Source of the DNA: Chiloscyllium plagiosum
Lineage: Eukaryota
Length of the DNA: 64,000 nt
Assembly: GCF_004010195.1 (NCBI RefSeq)
Contig: NC_057717.1
Location: 102,731,676 to 102,795,675 of the forward strand
Direction of reading: 5' to 3'
Of this stretch, positions 23,801 through 38,700 are shown piece after piece. Under the pieces are notes generated by a model. The model made no database searches, had not been told where the DNA came from, and saw only the letters and a program-made list of their open reading frames with translations. The position numbers and the translations under genes were made by a program. How positions within the stretch are numbered: position 1 is the first letter of the stretch; each line of letters opens with the position of its first letter.

Positions 23801-26800
23801 AAGCTCTCTGCCAGTAAGTTTTATTTCAGGCAAAGTTGCATTCTTATTGAAGTGACGTATGCTGTAAATAAAGCCTAGCAATGTGACTATGATTCTATTA
23901 CTTAGTGGGTGTTTTTACATTGATTATATGGACCTCTTGATTTGATCAATTGGTACATTTCTGGTGCCCATAGGTGCTGAATAATAAAATGGTTGCAGTA
24001 CCAGCATTGTTATTGTAAGGGAGATTAGATGATTCAGCACCAAGTGGAACATTTATCATCTCAATGGCTTGCCATTGATTGGATGGGTTGTATGTGTGGC
24101 TGATCTGACTCCACTCCCCACCCCATTCAATGCCCATCCCTAACTCCTTTCTGAGAAGGTGTTGGTGAGAGATGTGGAACACATTGTCCGATCGGGTGGT
24201 GCAGACAGGTGCAGGGGTGGTGATGGTCTAGTGGTAATATCGCTAATCCAGACACCCAGGTGATGTCCTGGGTTCAAGTACGACAGATGGCGGAATTTGA
24301 ATTCAATAAAAAATATCTGGTATTAAGAATCTAGTGATGACCATGAATCAATTGTCAGTAAAACCCATCTGGTTCACTCACATCCTTCAGGGAAGGTAAC
24401 TGCCATCCTTACCTGGTATGGCCTACATGTGACTCCAGACTCACAGCAATGTGGTTGACCCTTATAGGCACTAAATGCTGAACTTGTCAGTGACACTCTC
24501 ATCCCATGAATTAATTAGTTAAAGTAGGGGTTTTCAAAAGGGAAGGCATTGTCTCTGGGTTAATAATTCTGAAGCTTGAGTGACATACTGGGGATCTGGC
24601 TTAGAATGCCACCATTTCAGAAGCTGCCCCTGTTTCATCCCTCTCAGTTGACCTCCCATTCTAGAGGTAAAAACAATGACTGCAGCTGCTGGAAACCAGA
24701 TTCTGGATCAGTGGTGCTGGAAGAGCACAGCAATTCAGGCAGCATCCGAGGACAGGCAAAATCGACGTTTCGGGCAAAAGCCCTTCATCAGGAATGATGA
24801 AGGGCTTTTGCCCAATTTTGCCTGTCCTCGGATGCTGCCTGAATTGCTGTGCTCTCCCATTCTAGATATGATCAAGGCCTCACAAGTCTCTTGCTGTCTG
24901 CTTCAGCCCAGCCTCATCCAGGAGATGGGTGTACCATACTGAGAATTCAATGTCGATAATGTAATGATGAAACTCTGACACTCGTTCCCGGGATTCTGAG
25001 AGGAGAGGATGGAAGATCCTCACTGTCTGCGAGTGATCAGTATTCCATCCGTTAGTGTGTTAATTAAAGAGGGTATTGAAACTCCTGCCAGTGTGCTTTG
25101 CTATTACAAGTGCACATTAAAATAGTTCTCCCAGGGTAGGCACAAATTACTGTAGATGCTGGAATCTGTAAAAACAGCAAATGCTGGAGATGACAACTCG
25201 TCAGGCTCAGCTAGACTTGAAACGTTAGCTTGCTCTTTCTGACCTGCCGCTGTGATCTCCAGCATTTGCTGTTTTCAAATCAGACCCAGCCTCTGCTCGA
25301 TAAAGCAGAACTGCAGCAGCCTCAGAGCAGGGGCAGTCCAGTCTAAGAGAGATGCCTCTGCCATACAGGACCAAATCCCCACTATCGAGGTAAGCAGAAA
25401 CCACTAGGCTTCAATAACATTGAGTTGTAACCATGGTATCAGTGCAATGTCTTTCTCTGAGGGTTAAGAGTCTCGGGGATTCCTTTCCTCAAAATGCAAA
25501 TTCTTTGCATAATTTTAAGAGTCAGATAGATTATTGGTGACCAAGGGGATGAAAGATTATTGGGGGATAGGCAGGAAACTTGAGTTGAGGTTAAAATCAG
25601 ATCTTATTGAATGATAGGTTAGGGTCAAGGGGCTGAATGGCCAAATGTTCATTGTTTATGATAAATTGCACAGTGCTGGGGTTCGGCTCTGTCGGTGGTG
25701 GGGTAGGTCAGGAACAAATCTTAATACACTTCATCGAATCATCAAATTCCTACAGTATGGAAACAGGCCCTTCGGTCTAGCAAGTCCACACCGACCCTCC
25801 AAAGAGTGCCCCACCCAGACCCATTTCCCTATTACTGTACATTTACCCCTGACCAATGCACCAAACCCACTCATCCCCTGAACACTATGGGGCAATTTAG
25901 CATGGCCAATCCACCCTAACCTGCACATCTTTAGATTGTGGGAGGAAACCGGAACATCTGGAGAAAACTCATGCAGACAAGGGGAGAGCATGCAAACTCC
26001 ACACAGACAGTCACCCAAGGCCTGAATCGAACCCAGGTCCCTAGCGCTGTGAGGCAGCAGTGCTAACTACTGAGCCATCATGTCACCCCAGCTGCATTTC
26101 TCGGATTGAGTTGGCACCAATGTGCGAGCGTGACTCTGGTGAGGCGGGAACACCTGGGTATGACAGACCATAGGCATTGTGTCATGTTGCTGTATTAACA
26201 CCCTGTCTTTCTTTCAGGGGAACTTTGGTCCAAAGGGACCACTCGGCCCAATTGGAGAGAATGGAGTACGGGTAGGTGCCACGCAAAGTCACAGGCTTTC
26301 TCATAAACTACACAGCCGTGTACCCAGCCAAGTGATGGAACAGGCTCGAGGGGCCGAATGGCATTCTCCTGTTCCCCATGTTCGTCAGTGAATGTGCGCA
26401 ACGTGTGATTTTGTTTAACATCCTGTGTTCCGCGATCTCTCTGCTGCTGCTTCCGTTTACCGAGACTCAGACGCCGGTGAGGAGGTGATTACCAGTCTGT
26501 CAGCTGGCGGTTGGAAATTTCCTGTCTGGGGGCTCCTTTAACAGATCGTGTGTTGCCAGGGAGCCCTGGAACTTGAGGAAGGTCGTGCACTGTGTCCTCC
26601 CCTGTTCTGTCTCTCCCAGCCAGGATCCTTCAAAGATCCGCTTCTGCTTAGTAAATATAAACGGAGCCAATGAGGAAATGAGGACTGCAGACGCTGGAGA
26701 TCAGAGTCGAAGAGTGTGGTGCTGGAAAAGCACAGCAGGTCAGGCAGCAGGAGAGTCAACGTTTCGGGGCATAAGCTCTTCATCAGGAATGTATGCTCGA

Positions 26801-29757
26801 AACGTCAGCTCCTCAGATGCTGCCCGACCGGCTGTGCTTTTCCAGTGTCACACTGAGGAACTGGCAAAGGGACCTGGATTTGTTACTGATTGCTTCCCTC
26901 TCCTTCTTGATCTTCCAGGGTGGCGACGGATCAGTGGGACCGAGAGGCTTACCTGGTGAACCGGTCAGTAAAGCTCTTTGAGGTTGTCTTGCTGTTTCGT
27001 ACATGGTCAAGGTCGACATTAATGATGTGTTTGCCTCCTTCCCTCAGGGACCACGAGGACTGCCAGGCCCGAGGGGACACGTTGGCATGCCCGGACAGCA
27101 GGTAGACCTTCCGATCGCGTGCATGTGCTCGCTGTAGTTCCAAGCCTGCTCGGCCTAACCCGTTACTGCTGGCGGGGAATCCTCAAAGTCTCCTCGGGAA
27201 CTGAGCTCCGCGCGGTCTCCTGCAGGCGGCAGGCCATTCAGCCCCTCACTTCCGACCCACTACCTCAACCATCTCCATCTTCCTTCACAGAGTCAAAGAG
27301 CTTCACAGCGCAGAGAAAGGCCCTTTGGCCCATCAAGACAATGTCGATCAAAACCAACTACCTCAACGTTCTAATCCCATTGCCCAGCACCTGGCCCACA
27401 GCCCAGTGTGCTTTGCTATTACAAGTGCACATTAAAATAGTTCTGCCTCTGCCACTCATACAGGCAGCGAGTTCCAGATTCCTACCACCCTTCCTCATAT
27501 TTCCCCCCCCCAAAACCTTCTGCACCTCACATTAAATCAATACTCACTGTCCCCCAGGACCTTCCCAAGGGGAATTTTTTTCTTCCTTTCTATGCTCCTC
27601 ATAATTTTAAATATCCCTATCCTCTGCCCCCAGTCTCAGTCTCCTCTGCTCTAAGGAAAATAACCCCAGTCTGTCCAATCTCTCTGCATCACTGAAATCT
27701 TCCAGCCCAGGTAGTGGTGGCAGTGGTTAGCACTGCTGCCTCACCGCGCCAGAGACCTGGGTTCAATTCCTGTCTCAGGCAACTGTCTATGAGGAGTTTG
27801 CACATTCTCCCCGTCTCTGCGTGGGTTCCCTTCGGGTGTTCCAGTTTCTTCTCACAATCCAAAGATGTGCAGGTTAGGTCAATTGGTCATGCTAAATTGT
27901 CCACAGTGTTCAGGGATGTGTAGGTTAGGTGCATTAGGCAGGGTTAAATGTAGAGTAGTAGGGGAATGGGTCTCTGTGTGAGATACTCTTTGGAGGGTTG
28001 GTTTGGGCTGAAGGGCCAGTTCCCACACTGTAGGGATTCAATGATTAAATCTCCTCTGCACCCTCCTACACACTATACTCTACCTGCGGCCCAACCAACA
28101 TCTTATACAGTTCCAGAATCACCTCTCTGCCCTTAATCTCTCTGCCTTGGCTAATAAAGGCAAGTATCACATATTCATTCATCACCATTTCACATCTTAG
28201 TATCAAGAAAGATATCAGTCTCTTTGACTGTTCCCTCAGTGGCTGAGAATCCTTCCCCACTGAGGGAACAAGTTCCTCCTCATGTCATTCTTAAATGACC
28301 CGCCCTTTATTCTGAGATAGTGCCCCCTCCTTGGTTCTCCAACCCCAAGAGTGACCATCATCCTTTGTACATCCAGTCTGTTGAAGTCCTTTAAGAACTC
28401 TGTGGTTTTTCAATGAGATAGAGAGCCCTGTCCTGTCGCTTCTCCAGATGGTCTTTGATCACAGCTTTAATGTCAGAAGAAGACAACACTCAATGGAGGG
28501 CAAATGTCCCCCCACACCTAACAACAAAACGTAGTTTCCGAGCTCTGGTTCAGAAGTCTAGTTCCCTGCCTCTCTACATGCTAGACTGATGTACAGAGAG
28601 TCTTAATGAAGTCTAGGGATAGTCCACATCAAAATGTGCCATTCACAAGGAGATATGTCCAAGTTGCACTTGGGCAAAGAGTGGATGGTACTACATTGCA
28701 GGAGGCTGTTCAGCACCTTGAGTCTGTGCTGGCTTTTTCACAGAATCATCACAGTGGTGAAGCAGGCCATTCAGCCCATCAAGGCCACACCAAACCTCTG
28801 AACAGCATCCTCATCCTGTAGCCCAGCATTTGTCATGGCTAAAGCATCTGACCTGCACATCTTTGGACTGTGGGAGGAAACCCACGCAGACACAGGGGGG
28901 AATGTGCCAACTCCACACAGACAGTCACCCAAAGCTGTAATCGAACCCGGGTCCCTGGCACTGTGAGGCCGCAGTACTAACCACTGAGCCAGTTTGCACA
29001 GAGTAATCTTTCACAGAGCAATCCAGTTAATCCCCAAACCGTTGCCACATCCCGGCACTTTTTCTTCCTCTCCTGTGAATTTATGGAATTCCCTTTTGAA
29101 AATTCCTACTGACTCTGTCACCCAATCAGACAGCATGTTCCAAATTTCTTACCAATGTCTTAACAAAGGGTAATTAAGGATGGGAATTGAATCAGGGGCA
29201 GGGGGAAGGGGTCACATCAGCAAAACGTACAAACCACAGAAAAAAATCAATCTGAACCACTCAAAACTCCATTTTCATCAAGTTGCATGTTTTGTTTTGG
29301 CCAACTGCCTTTCATTCTCACACTCTGGTTAGTCACAGTTCAGCCATTGTAATAGTTTCCCATTACTATTCCATCAACCCCTCTCTTGGCCTAGTCTACT
29401 CTGAGGAAGGAGCAGCCTTCCTGTGGGTACATATTTATTTCCCAGACGTTAGAAGCTGGGCAAATCGAAAAAATACGAAGAGTAGAAGTATTCTCCTTGT
29501 GTCTTCCTGCTATATGTTGGTGCCTCAATACTTCCCCTTGATGAAGAATCGACCCATGCAGTCTACATGGGCACGTATAGCATTCTAGGGAACTTTAACA
29601 ATTCTCAATATCTGACCAAAGTATGAGCTGATTTGTTGTTGACTGTCTTGACTATGTATTGTGTATTTAACCCAATCGCTCACTGTCATGGATGGTCGGA
29701 GTAATTCAGCTGTGAATTCCTTTCCAACTTAAGGCCAAAATTGTGGCTACACACACA

Positions 29758-29796
<39 letters not shown>

Positions 29797-32700
29797 GCAC
29801 ATGTGTGTCTCTGGTAACCATCCATTCTTCGGATTAAGTGTGGAGCCTTGACATGGAGCCAATTCCTACTTTTACTGTACAGCTGCACAGCGGTCTCAGT
29901 AGTTCAGGGTCAACAGTGACTCATCCCCATTAATAAGTCAAGCATGTTCCAGAGCTCTGTGCCAACCCACAGAGTCCCAATAAAAAAAATCTGCGCTCCC
30001 TTCTTCCTGTTTTGGGGAATTCTGCCGGGTTGATTTATCTCCTGCTTTTTTGCTGCGACAATGCATCCCATCAGTTGGGTCAAGTGATATAAGTCTCTTC
30101 TCCCCACGGCCGCCATAACTACACCGTTCCTCATCCACAAACTGATCCCCTTCCCCGCCATTCACATTCTGTGGAGTCCCAGTATCTCACATTGACCTAC
30201 CGAACTGGATCATTCATACTGCCCGGGTAAAGGAGCCCGAACTTTAGTCAGTTTTGGCAAAGCTCTGACTGCACATTACAGACAGGGTAACTGAGGATGG
30301 ACAGCTCGACCCAGGAGTCTCAGTATCCAATCTGAACTTCACTTAAGTTTCCGGAAGAATGGGAAATAGTAATGTGGTGGTGTTGATTCTGGATTATGAA
30401 TCCAGGAGCGCAGGCCCGCAGGCTCAACTCCAGGGCACAGGTTGCAATTTAAACCTGATTAATAAATCTGTAATCTTCTCCGTAATGATGATCATAATGC
30501 TACCAGATGGTTGTAAAACTCCATCTGATTCTCATGTTCATCAGGAAAGGAAATCTGTCATGAAGTCTTAGAGAACGGAAACAGACCCTTCAGTCTAACC
30601 AGTCCCTGCTGACCATGTCCCCAAACTAAACTAGTCCAGCCTGCCTGCTCCTGGCCCATATCCCTCCAATCCTTTCCTGTTCATGTACTTATCCAAATAT
30701 CTTTTAAATGTTGTAACTGTCCCCACATCCACCATTTTCTCTGGACGTTCATTCCATTCTCTGTATGAAAAGGTTGCCCCTCGTGTCTTTTTTAAGTCTT
30801 TCTCCTCCCACTTTAAAAAAAGCCTCCTCGTTTTGAACGTGCCCACCTTCGGGAAAGGACCTTTGCTATTCCCCTTATGTTTGCCCCTCCTTCCCTTTGT
30901 ATGTGACTCCAGACCCAAGGACTCTTCAGTGCCCGCTGAAAGGACACACTCGCTGAGGGGCAACTGGGGATGGGCACTAAATGTTGACCTTGCTAGTGAC
31001 ATTTTATTGAAACAACAACAAATAATCCTCTCCATCAACATTACTGCCCCATTCCACCCACCTAACGTTGCTCATCTCTGCCTCTCTGACATAGCACCAG
31101 GGGTACTGGCTGAAATCCCAGCCTTTTGGTCTCTCGGATCGACAGTGCTGATATTCCACTGGCTAGCTTTCCATCCTCTAGGAACGTCAGTTCATCCTAA
31201 ATCCCACTCACCCCTCCCACCCAGTCCCATCATGCTGCTCTGGGATCGTAGTTAATGCTGTAACCCTAACTATTGATGCATTTCCTTCAATTTTAACCAA
31301 TGAATCTCAACAGGAGTTGGTTATACACTAAAAATCTGTTCATGTGAAAGACCCATTTTCGAATGAAAGGTTTTATTTTGTTTTGAAGACAGTGTGCACG
31401 TATATCCAGGAATGATTAATTAGTGGGTTCTTTTATTTAACAGTCTGGTCTGAGACAACCCCGTAACATATTTATTAGTATCGATCTGTAATCTAACATA
31501 GTATTAGGCCTCTAGTCTGCACAGTTTTGCATCGACTGATAACCAGCTGACCTTGTCAAGCATGACTTCAGGAAATGCCCCACTTTCCCAGTGAATTATT
31601 TAAAGTGTTCAACCATTCTGCAATTTTTCTTACTATCAGGCCTATTTATCACCCTGCCCCCTGTGCAACGTGACTTTATCTCTCATTTGCCCCTCTTCAT
31701 AGAATCCTCACAGCATGGAAACAGGCCATTTGGCCCAAAAATCCCACACTGACCTTCCAAAGAGAGTCCCACCCAGACCAATTCCCCTACCTTATTACTC
31801 CTAATGTCCCTAACCTGCACATCCCTGAACACTCTGGGGCAATTTAGAGATTAGATTAGATTACTTACAGTGTGGAAACAGACCCTTCGGCCCTACAAGT
31901 CCACACCAACCCTCCAAAGAGCAACCCATCCAGACCCATTTCCCTATATTTACCCCTTTACCTAACACTGCAGGCATTTTAGCGTTGGCCAATTCACCTA
32001 ACCTGCACATCTTTGGACTGTGGGAGGAAACCGGATCACCTGAAGGAAACCCACGCAGACACAGGGAGAATGTGCAAACTCCCCCCAGACAGTCGCCTAA
32101 GGCTGGAATCAAACTGGGTCCCTAGTGCTGTGAGGCAACAGTGCTAACCACTGAGCCACCATACTGTTCGAATTGACTGTAAAGTGCCCAACTGCGGTCC
32201 CAAGTCCCAGCCTCAAAAGAGCTCCTTCCGACTGCACCAGTCTGACGTTTATCATTTATCCCACCCCGTACCTAAATGATAATTCAGCTCTGGGCACTGA
32301 TGCAGGGCATACCCCTGTCCCCACTTGACTCATGAGAAATATTCTCCCTTGGGGCCAGTATACCTTTCAAACCGATTGGCTACAGCAGAATCCTGCGTTC
32401 CAAAGATGTGGACACTAGCTGTCTTGACGATGGGGACCTCTGGTTGCCCCAGGAAGTGCCAATGTTTACTTAAAGTCGATACGGGATGAGAGGCACAATC
32501 TGGAGGTGACCAGCACTGGTCCGCAACTCCAGATGGCCGCAGAACTGGTTTTTGACAAGATTGGAACTGTTTCTGTCTTCTGCGTCCCACTTTGGACGCA
32601 GCACGGTGCATCCAGCGATAGTTCAGGTGATGGTTACCAATCTGCGAAGCTGAACTTGACCATTTATTGTTAACACCAGACTCCAGGTCACGTTCTCGGG

Positions 32701-35700
32701 GACCCCAGCTTCAGATCCGGGTTGCGGCAGGTGGTGGAATTTCAATTCAGTGACAAATCTGGGATTAAGAGCCCTAATGATGGCCATGCCCATTGTCAGG
32801 AAGTCCCCATTTTGGTTCACTCATACCTCTTTCGGGAAGAGGATCTGCCATCCTTACCTGGTCTGGTTGACATGTGACTCCAGACCCATAGCAATAGATC
32901 AAAGAGTCATAGAGGCCTCTAACGCAGAAAAAAAAGACCTTTTGGCCCATCGAGTCTGCAGCAGTCAAAACCTAACTATTCTCATCCCATTTTCCACGAC
33001 TTAGTCTCGATATTGCAAGTGCACATTTAAACACTTGGTAAATATTATGAGGGGTTTCTGCCTCTCCCACCCTTGCAGGCAGTGAGTTGTATATCCCCTA
33101 CGCCTTCTGAGTGAAAGAGTGTTTCCTCACATTCCCCTCGAAACCTCCTGCCCCGATATTAAACCTTTGCCCACCGGCATCCCTATATGGTTGACACTGA
33201 ACTGCCCTCTGGGCAATTAGGGATGAGTAATAAATACTGGCCTGGCCTGTGGCACCCACATCCCATGAATGAAATAAAAATATTATCACTGAACCAAACA
33301 AAACTCCGAACTAGTGAACCTTTGAAGTTGAACTTTATTATCTAACAAATTGAAGTCCTGCTTCATAAGCTTTTCTGGCACATTGCCTTCACTCAGCAAT
33401 CCTATCTTTATTAAAGTGCGTAACAGATATCTTTATTTCCACATAAAAAGTTTGAAATCTCTGCCATTTTCTCTCAGAGTATTACAAATTGGATAATCGG
33501 GTAACCATTATATCCTTGGGGTCAAGTACATTGCAATTAAGTCTGCACTGTGAACTTTATGGCTCGTGAGAGAGAGTCCATGCTTGGACCGTGTTTAGAA
33601 TCAATTGCAAAGTCAACTGTACTGTACTCACAAAGAAATCTCTGTAACTGTGGACTCCAGTTCCTGAGCCAAAGCTAATGGCAGCTCAATTGTTATACTT
33701 CACCCACTAATAATTAGTTGATGCCATGAGAAGTTTCTACACTCTCCTTCAGCTGTTCAACCGCATGGCCTTTTGAGCAGCCATTTGGTAAAAACCCAAC
33801 CAGCTCATCAAAGTAAATCCTTCCCCTTTCCTAAATCTGATTGACACCATTTCCAGATGTCCAGTGTTGTGCAGTGTCGATGTCAGCAGATCCCTCATCA
33901 GATGTAACTCCCACACTCCACAATCTCGTGTTATTGTAATAGCTGAAATCAAGGGGATGTTGTTTAAGAAGCTAATAACAAAGAGCAGGAGTAGGCCATT
34001 CAGCCCCCTGAGCCTGCAGCCCCACTCACGTAATACCATCATGGCTGATCCCATCTCGGCCTACACTTTCCCTGCCCACTCCCCGTAGCCCTTCAACCCT
34101 TTAGTTATTAAAAATCTGTCGATCCCCTCCTTAAATTTACTCCCTGCCCCAGCATCCAACGCACCCTGGGGGAGTGACTCAATCTCCCTTTGAGAGAAAT
34201 AATTTCTCCTCGTCTCTGTTTTAAATCTGCCACCCCTTATCCTAAAACCATGACCACTCATTCCAGATTACCCTCTCCAAGGGGAAACATCTGCTCCATG
34301 TTAACTTTGTCAATCCCCTTTAGCATCTTGCGTACCTCAATTAAATCTCCTTTCATTCTCTTGAACTCCAGCGAGAACAGGCCTAAACTACTCAGTTTCT
34401 CTCTGTAAGACAAGCCCCTCATCTCTGGAACTAATCCAGTTAACCTTCTCTGAACTACAATTACATGCTTCCATCCTTACAATAACTTGAACTGGATCTT
34501 TCTATCATCTCGGCCATTGGCTCCCCATCAATTATTCCGATCGAATTCACTTAAGTAAATGTAACTTTATATAAATTAAATAATGATGCAAAATAAAGAG
34601 CTCATCACATTTCCTCACAAAAACCATTAGTCTCATTTGACACGATGGGAAATGGTGGTGTTGTGTTCACCTCACTGGTTCAGTAGTCCATAGGCCTAAG
34701 CTAATGCTTTGTGGAAATTTCAGTTTGAAATAAAACCAGGAAGTGCTGGAGAAGCTGGAGCAGGCCTGAGGAACATTCATACGGGAATTAAAATGTGTCA
34801 TTCTATTCCTCTCTCCATTGATACTGCCAGACCTGTTGAGTTGCTCCAGCACTTTCTGTTTTTGATACTTTGGAAGTATATTTTCAATTTCCATTACATC
34901 TGCTGGTGGTATTTAAATCCATTTCATGAATCTGGAATTATGAAGTTAGGTTGAAATAATTTAGCAAGCCACTTAGAGGGCAGTTAGGGCATTGCTGTGG
35001 AACTGGAGACACATGCAGGGTAAGAAGCACAGTTTTCCCTCCTGGAAAGACGTTAGTGAACCAGATCAGTTTTCACCATGAATTGATAGTTGTTCTGATG
35101 ACTGTTAACCAAAAGTATTCTGGGTCCATTGCTTGCCCACATTGGGATTTGAACCCCAGAGCCTGGAGTGTTGTCTGGGCTTCTGGATGACTGCTCCAGT
35201 GAAGTTACCATGACGTCACCATATCCCATAGAACAGAGAACAGTACAGCACGGTACAGGCCCTTCGGCCCTTGATGTTGTGCTGACCTTTTATCCCACTC
35301 TAAGATCAGTCTAACCTACATACCCTCATCCATGTGCCTGTCCAAATGTCCCTGATGTATCTGGCTCTACTGCCATTGCTGGAAGTGCATTCCACATACC
35401 CGCCACTCTCTGTGTAAAGAACCTACTTCTGACATCTCCCCAAAACCTTCCTCCAGTCACCTTAAACTTATACCCTTCACGATAGCCATTTCTGCCCTGA
35501 GAAAAACCCTCTGACTATTCACTCTCTCTATGCATGTCACCACTTTGTACTCGAGCAAGTCACCTCTCATCCCACTTCACTCCAATGAGAAAAGCCCTAG
35601 CTCCCTCAACCTAAGACATGACCTCCGGTCCAGGCAGCATTCTGGTAAATCTCCTCTGCACCCTCTCTAAAGCTTCCACATCCTTCCTGTTATGAGACGA

Positions 35701-38700
35701 CCAGAACTGAATTGAGAGTGTGGTGCTGGAAACGCACAGCCGGTCAGGCAGCATCCGAGGAGCAGGAGAATCAACATTCCAGGCATAAGCCCTTCATCAG
35801 GAACTGAACACAATATAGCAACTGTGGTCTACCAGGACTCTATAGAACTGCAGCCTCACCTCAAGGCTCTTAAAATCAATCCCCCAGCTAATGAAAGCCA
35901 ACAAACCATATGCCTTCTTAATAACCCTATCAACTTGGGTGTCAGTTTTGAGGGATCTATGGACATGGGCCCCAAGATCCTGCTGTTCCTCCACACTGAT
36001 TGAGGATGTTTCCTTAAAGCAGATGAGATAGAGGGAGCATGTGATTGAAATGTACAAAACTCTGAGGGGCATTTATACGGTAGACAGGAAGGAAAACTTC
36101 CTCTTGATGGAGGGATCAATGACCGGGGGCATAGATTGAAGATAAAGGGAAATGGTTTAGAGGAGATATGAGGGGAAGACGTTTTCACCCAGAGGGTGGC
36201 GGGAATCAGGAACTCACTGCTTGTAATGAGGGAGAGGCAGAAACCCTCATCACATTGAAGACGTAAGTATTCAGATGTACACTTGTGATGCCTTGAGTGG
36301 CATACAGTTCAGAGGGTTGGTTTAGACTCAATGGGCCAGATGGTCTGCTTCTGCACTGCAGGGATTCTATGATAACTCTCTTCCCCTTTACACCCCAGAC
36401 TCTACTCTCCCTGTTTCTCCTTCTCTCCTCCTGTACATCCTAAAACCCACTCTCCCATGTTTCTCTCTCCCTGCAGTCCCCAGTCCCCACCCTGACAGCT
36501 CTCTTTCCCCAACTCTCTCTCTCACTGAGGGGCCACGGCAATGTTTGAGCCTCAAACTAGGATCACTGTGGTGGGCTACAAGATTGGAAGCACCACAGGG
36601 AGTGATGCAGCATCATATAGAGTCATAGAGATGTACAGCATGGAAACACACCTTTCGGTCTAACCCGTCCATGACGACCAGATATCCCAACCCTATCTAG
36701 TCCCATTTGCCAGCACTTGGCCCATATCCCTCTAAACCCTTCCTATCCATATGCCCATCCAGATGTCTTTTAAAGTTGTAATTGTACCAGCCTCCACCAC
36801 TTCCTCTGGCAGCTCATTCCATACACGTACCACTCTCTGCGTGAAAAAGTTGCTCCTTAGATCCCTTTTATACCTTTCCCCTCTCACCCTAAACCTATGC
36901 CCCCTAGTTCTGGACTCCCCCACTGCAGGGAAAAGACTTTGTCTATTTATCCTATCCATGCCCCTCCTGATTTTATAAACCTCTATAAGGTCACCCCCTC
37001 AGCCTCCGACACTCCAGGGAAAACAGCCCCAGCATGTTCAGCCTCTCTCTGTAGCTCAAATCCTCCAACCCTGGCAACAGCCTTGTGAATCTTTTCTCAA
37101 CCTTTTCAAGTTTCACAACATCTTTCCAATAGGAAGGAGACCCGAATTGCACGCAGTATTCCAAAAGTGGCCGAACCAATGTCCTGTACAGCTGCAACAT
37201 GACCTCCCAGCTCCTCCATTCAATGCATTCACCAATAAAGGAAAGCATACCAAACACCTTCTTCACTATCCTATCTACCTCTGACTCCACTTTCAAGGAA
37301 CTATGAACCTGCACTCCAAAGTCTCTTTATTCAGCAACACTCTACAGGATCTTACCATTAAGTGTATAAGTCCTGCTCTGATTTGCTTTTCCAAAATGCA
37401 GCACCTCACATTTACCTAAATTAAACTCTATCTGCCACTCCTCAGTCCATTGGCCCATCTGATCATGTGAGGTAACCTTCTTCACTGTCCACTACACCAC
37501 CAATTTTGGCGTCATCTGCAAACTTACTAACTATACCTCCTATGTTCACATCTCCTATATAAATGATGAAAAGCAGTGGGCCCATCAGAATTGGGTCCTG
37601 TAGCCAAGGGGCGAGTAAAGGTCCCTGTTGAATGCTGCGACGGTTAATAATGTTTGGAAATAAAAATTGATGTTGTGGATCTGACCTCAACAGATTCTGA
37701 CAGTTAGGCAACAACTCACAGGATATTGGCCAATGGTGGAACTCAATCCCAATGGTTAAGCCTTTCAAAAAAGTACCTGTAACCAGCACACTGTTGGGAA
37801 CAAATAATCTGTAAAATCATGCAAAGGTTTGTTCTTCCTCTAATCATCGTTGAATAGTAGATTTGTGAGTAATCTGCCTGCACCAAACAATGCAAACACC
37901 TTGTTCATCTTTGGAGAGTAAGAGATGGAGATGCATGAATTTCTTTTTCTGTTGTTTCAGGGAATAACAGGTGCTGATGGTCATCCAGGTCAGAAAGGAA
38001 ACTTGGTAAGGAGTCATTTTAAATGTGACTTGGATTTACATTTTTTCCACATTGACTTTATGTTTCCAGGAGTAGGAACAATTTTTAAAAATTAAGTCAT
38101 TCATGTTGACATTGCTGGTTGGGTCAACATTTATTGTCTGTCCCAATTTGCCTCTTGAGAAGGTGGGGTGAGCTGCCTTCTTGAACCGCTGCAGTCCATG
38201 TGCTGTGGTTGACCCACAATGCCCTGAAGTGGGCATTTCCAGGATTTTGACCCAGTGAAACTGAAGGAATAGCAATATATTTCCAAGTCAGGGTGGTGAG
38301 TGACTTGATGGGGAACTTGAAGGTGGTGGTGGCTGCTGCCCTTGTCCTTCCAGATGGAAGTGATTGTGGGGTTTGGAAGGAGCTGTCTGAGGATCTTTGG
38401 TGAATTTCTTCAGTGCATCTTGTAGATAGTGCACACCGCTGCTACTGAGCGTCGGTGTTGGAGGGAGTGGATGCTTGTGGATGTGGTGCCAATCAAGCGG
38501 GCTGCTTTGGCCTGGATGGTGAGAAGCCCCTGCACCACAATGCCAATAAAACAACAATCACAAGTTGCCTCTAATTTCAAGCAAGCTGAAAGTGACTTGA
38601 CTTTGATATCTTTAAAAAGAGTTCAATATGGGCGAGGTGGAGAAAAGTGATCCCTGCACAGTGAAGATCAATATGAGATTCATTGATATTTGATACTCAC

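Noticed and set aside
24718..24858. Long hairpins as miRNA precursors or MITEs
   Set aside because: Multi-copy, asymmetric extra arm, variable 8-17 bp TSDs and hammerhead cores fit Penelope-derived retroelements better; small-RNA production is not excluded
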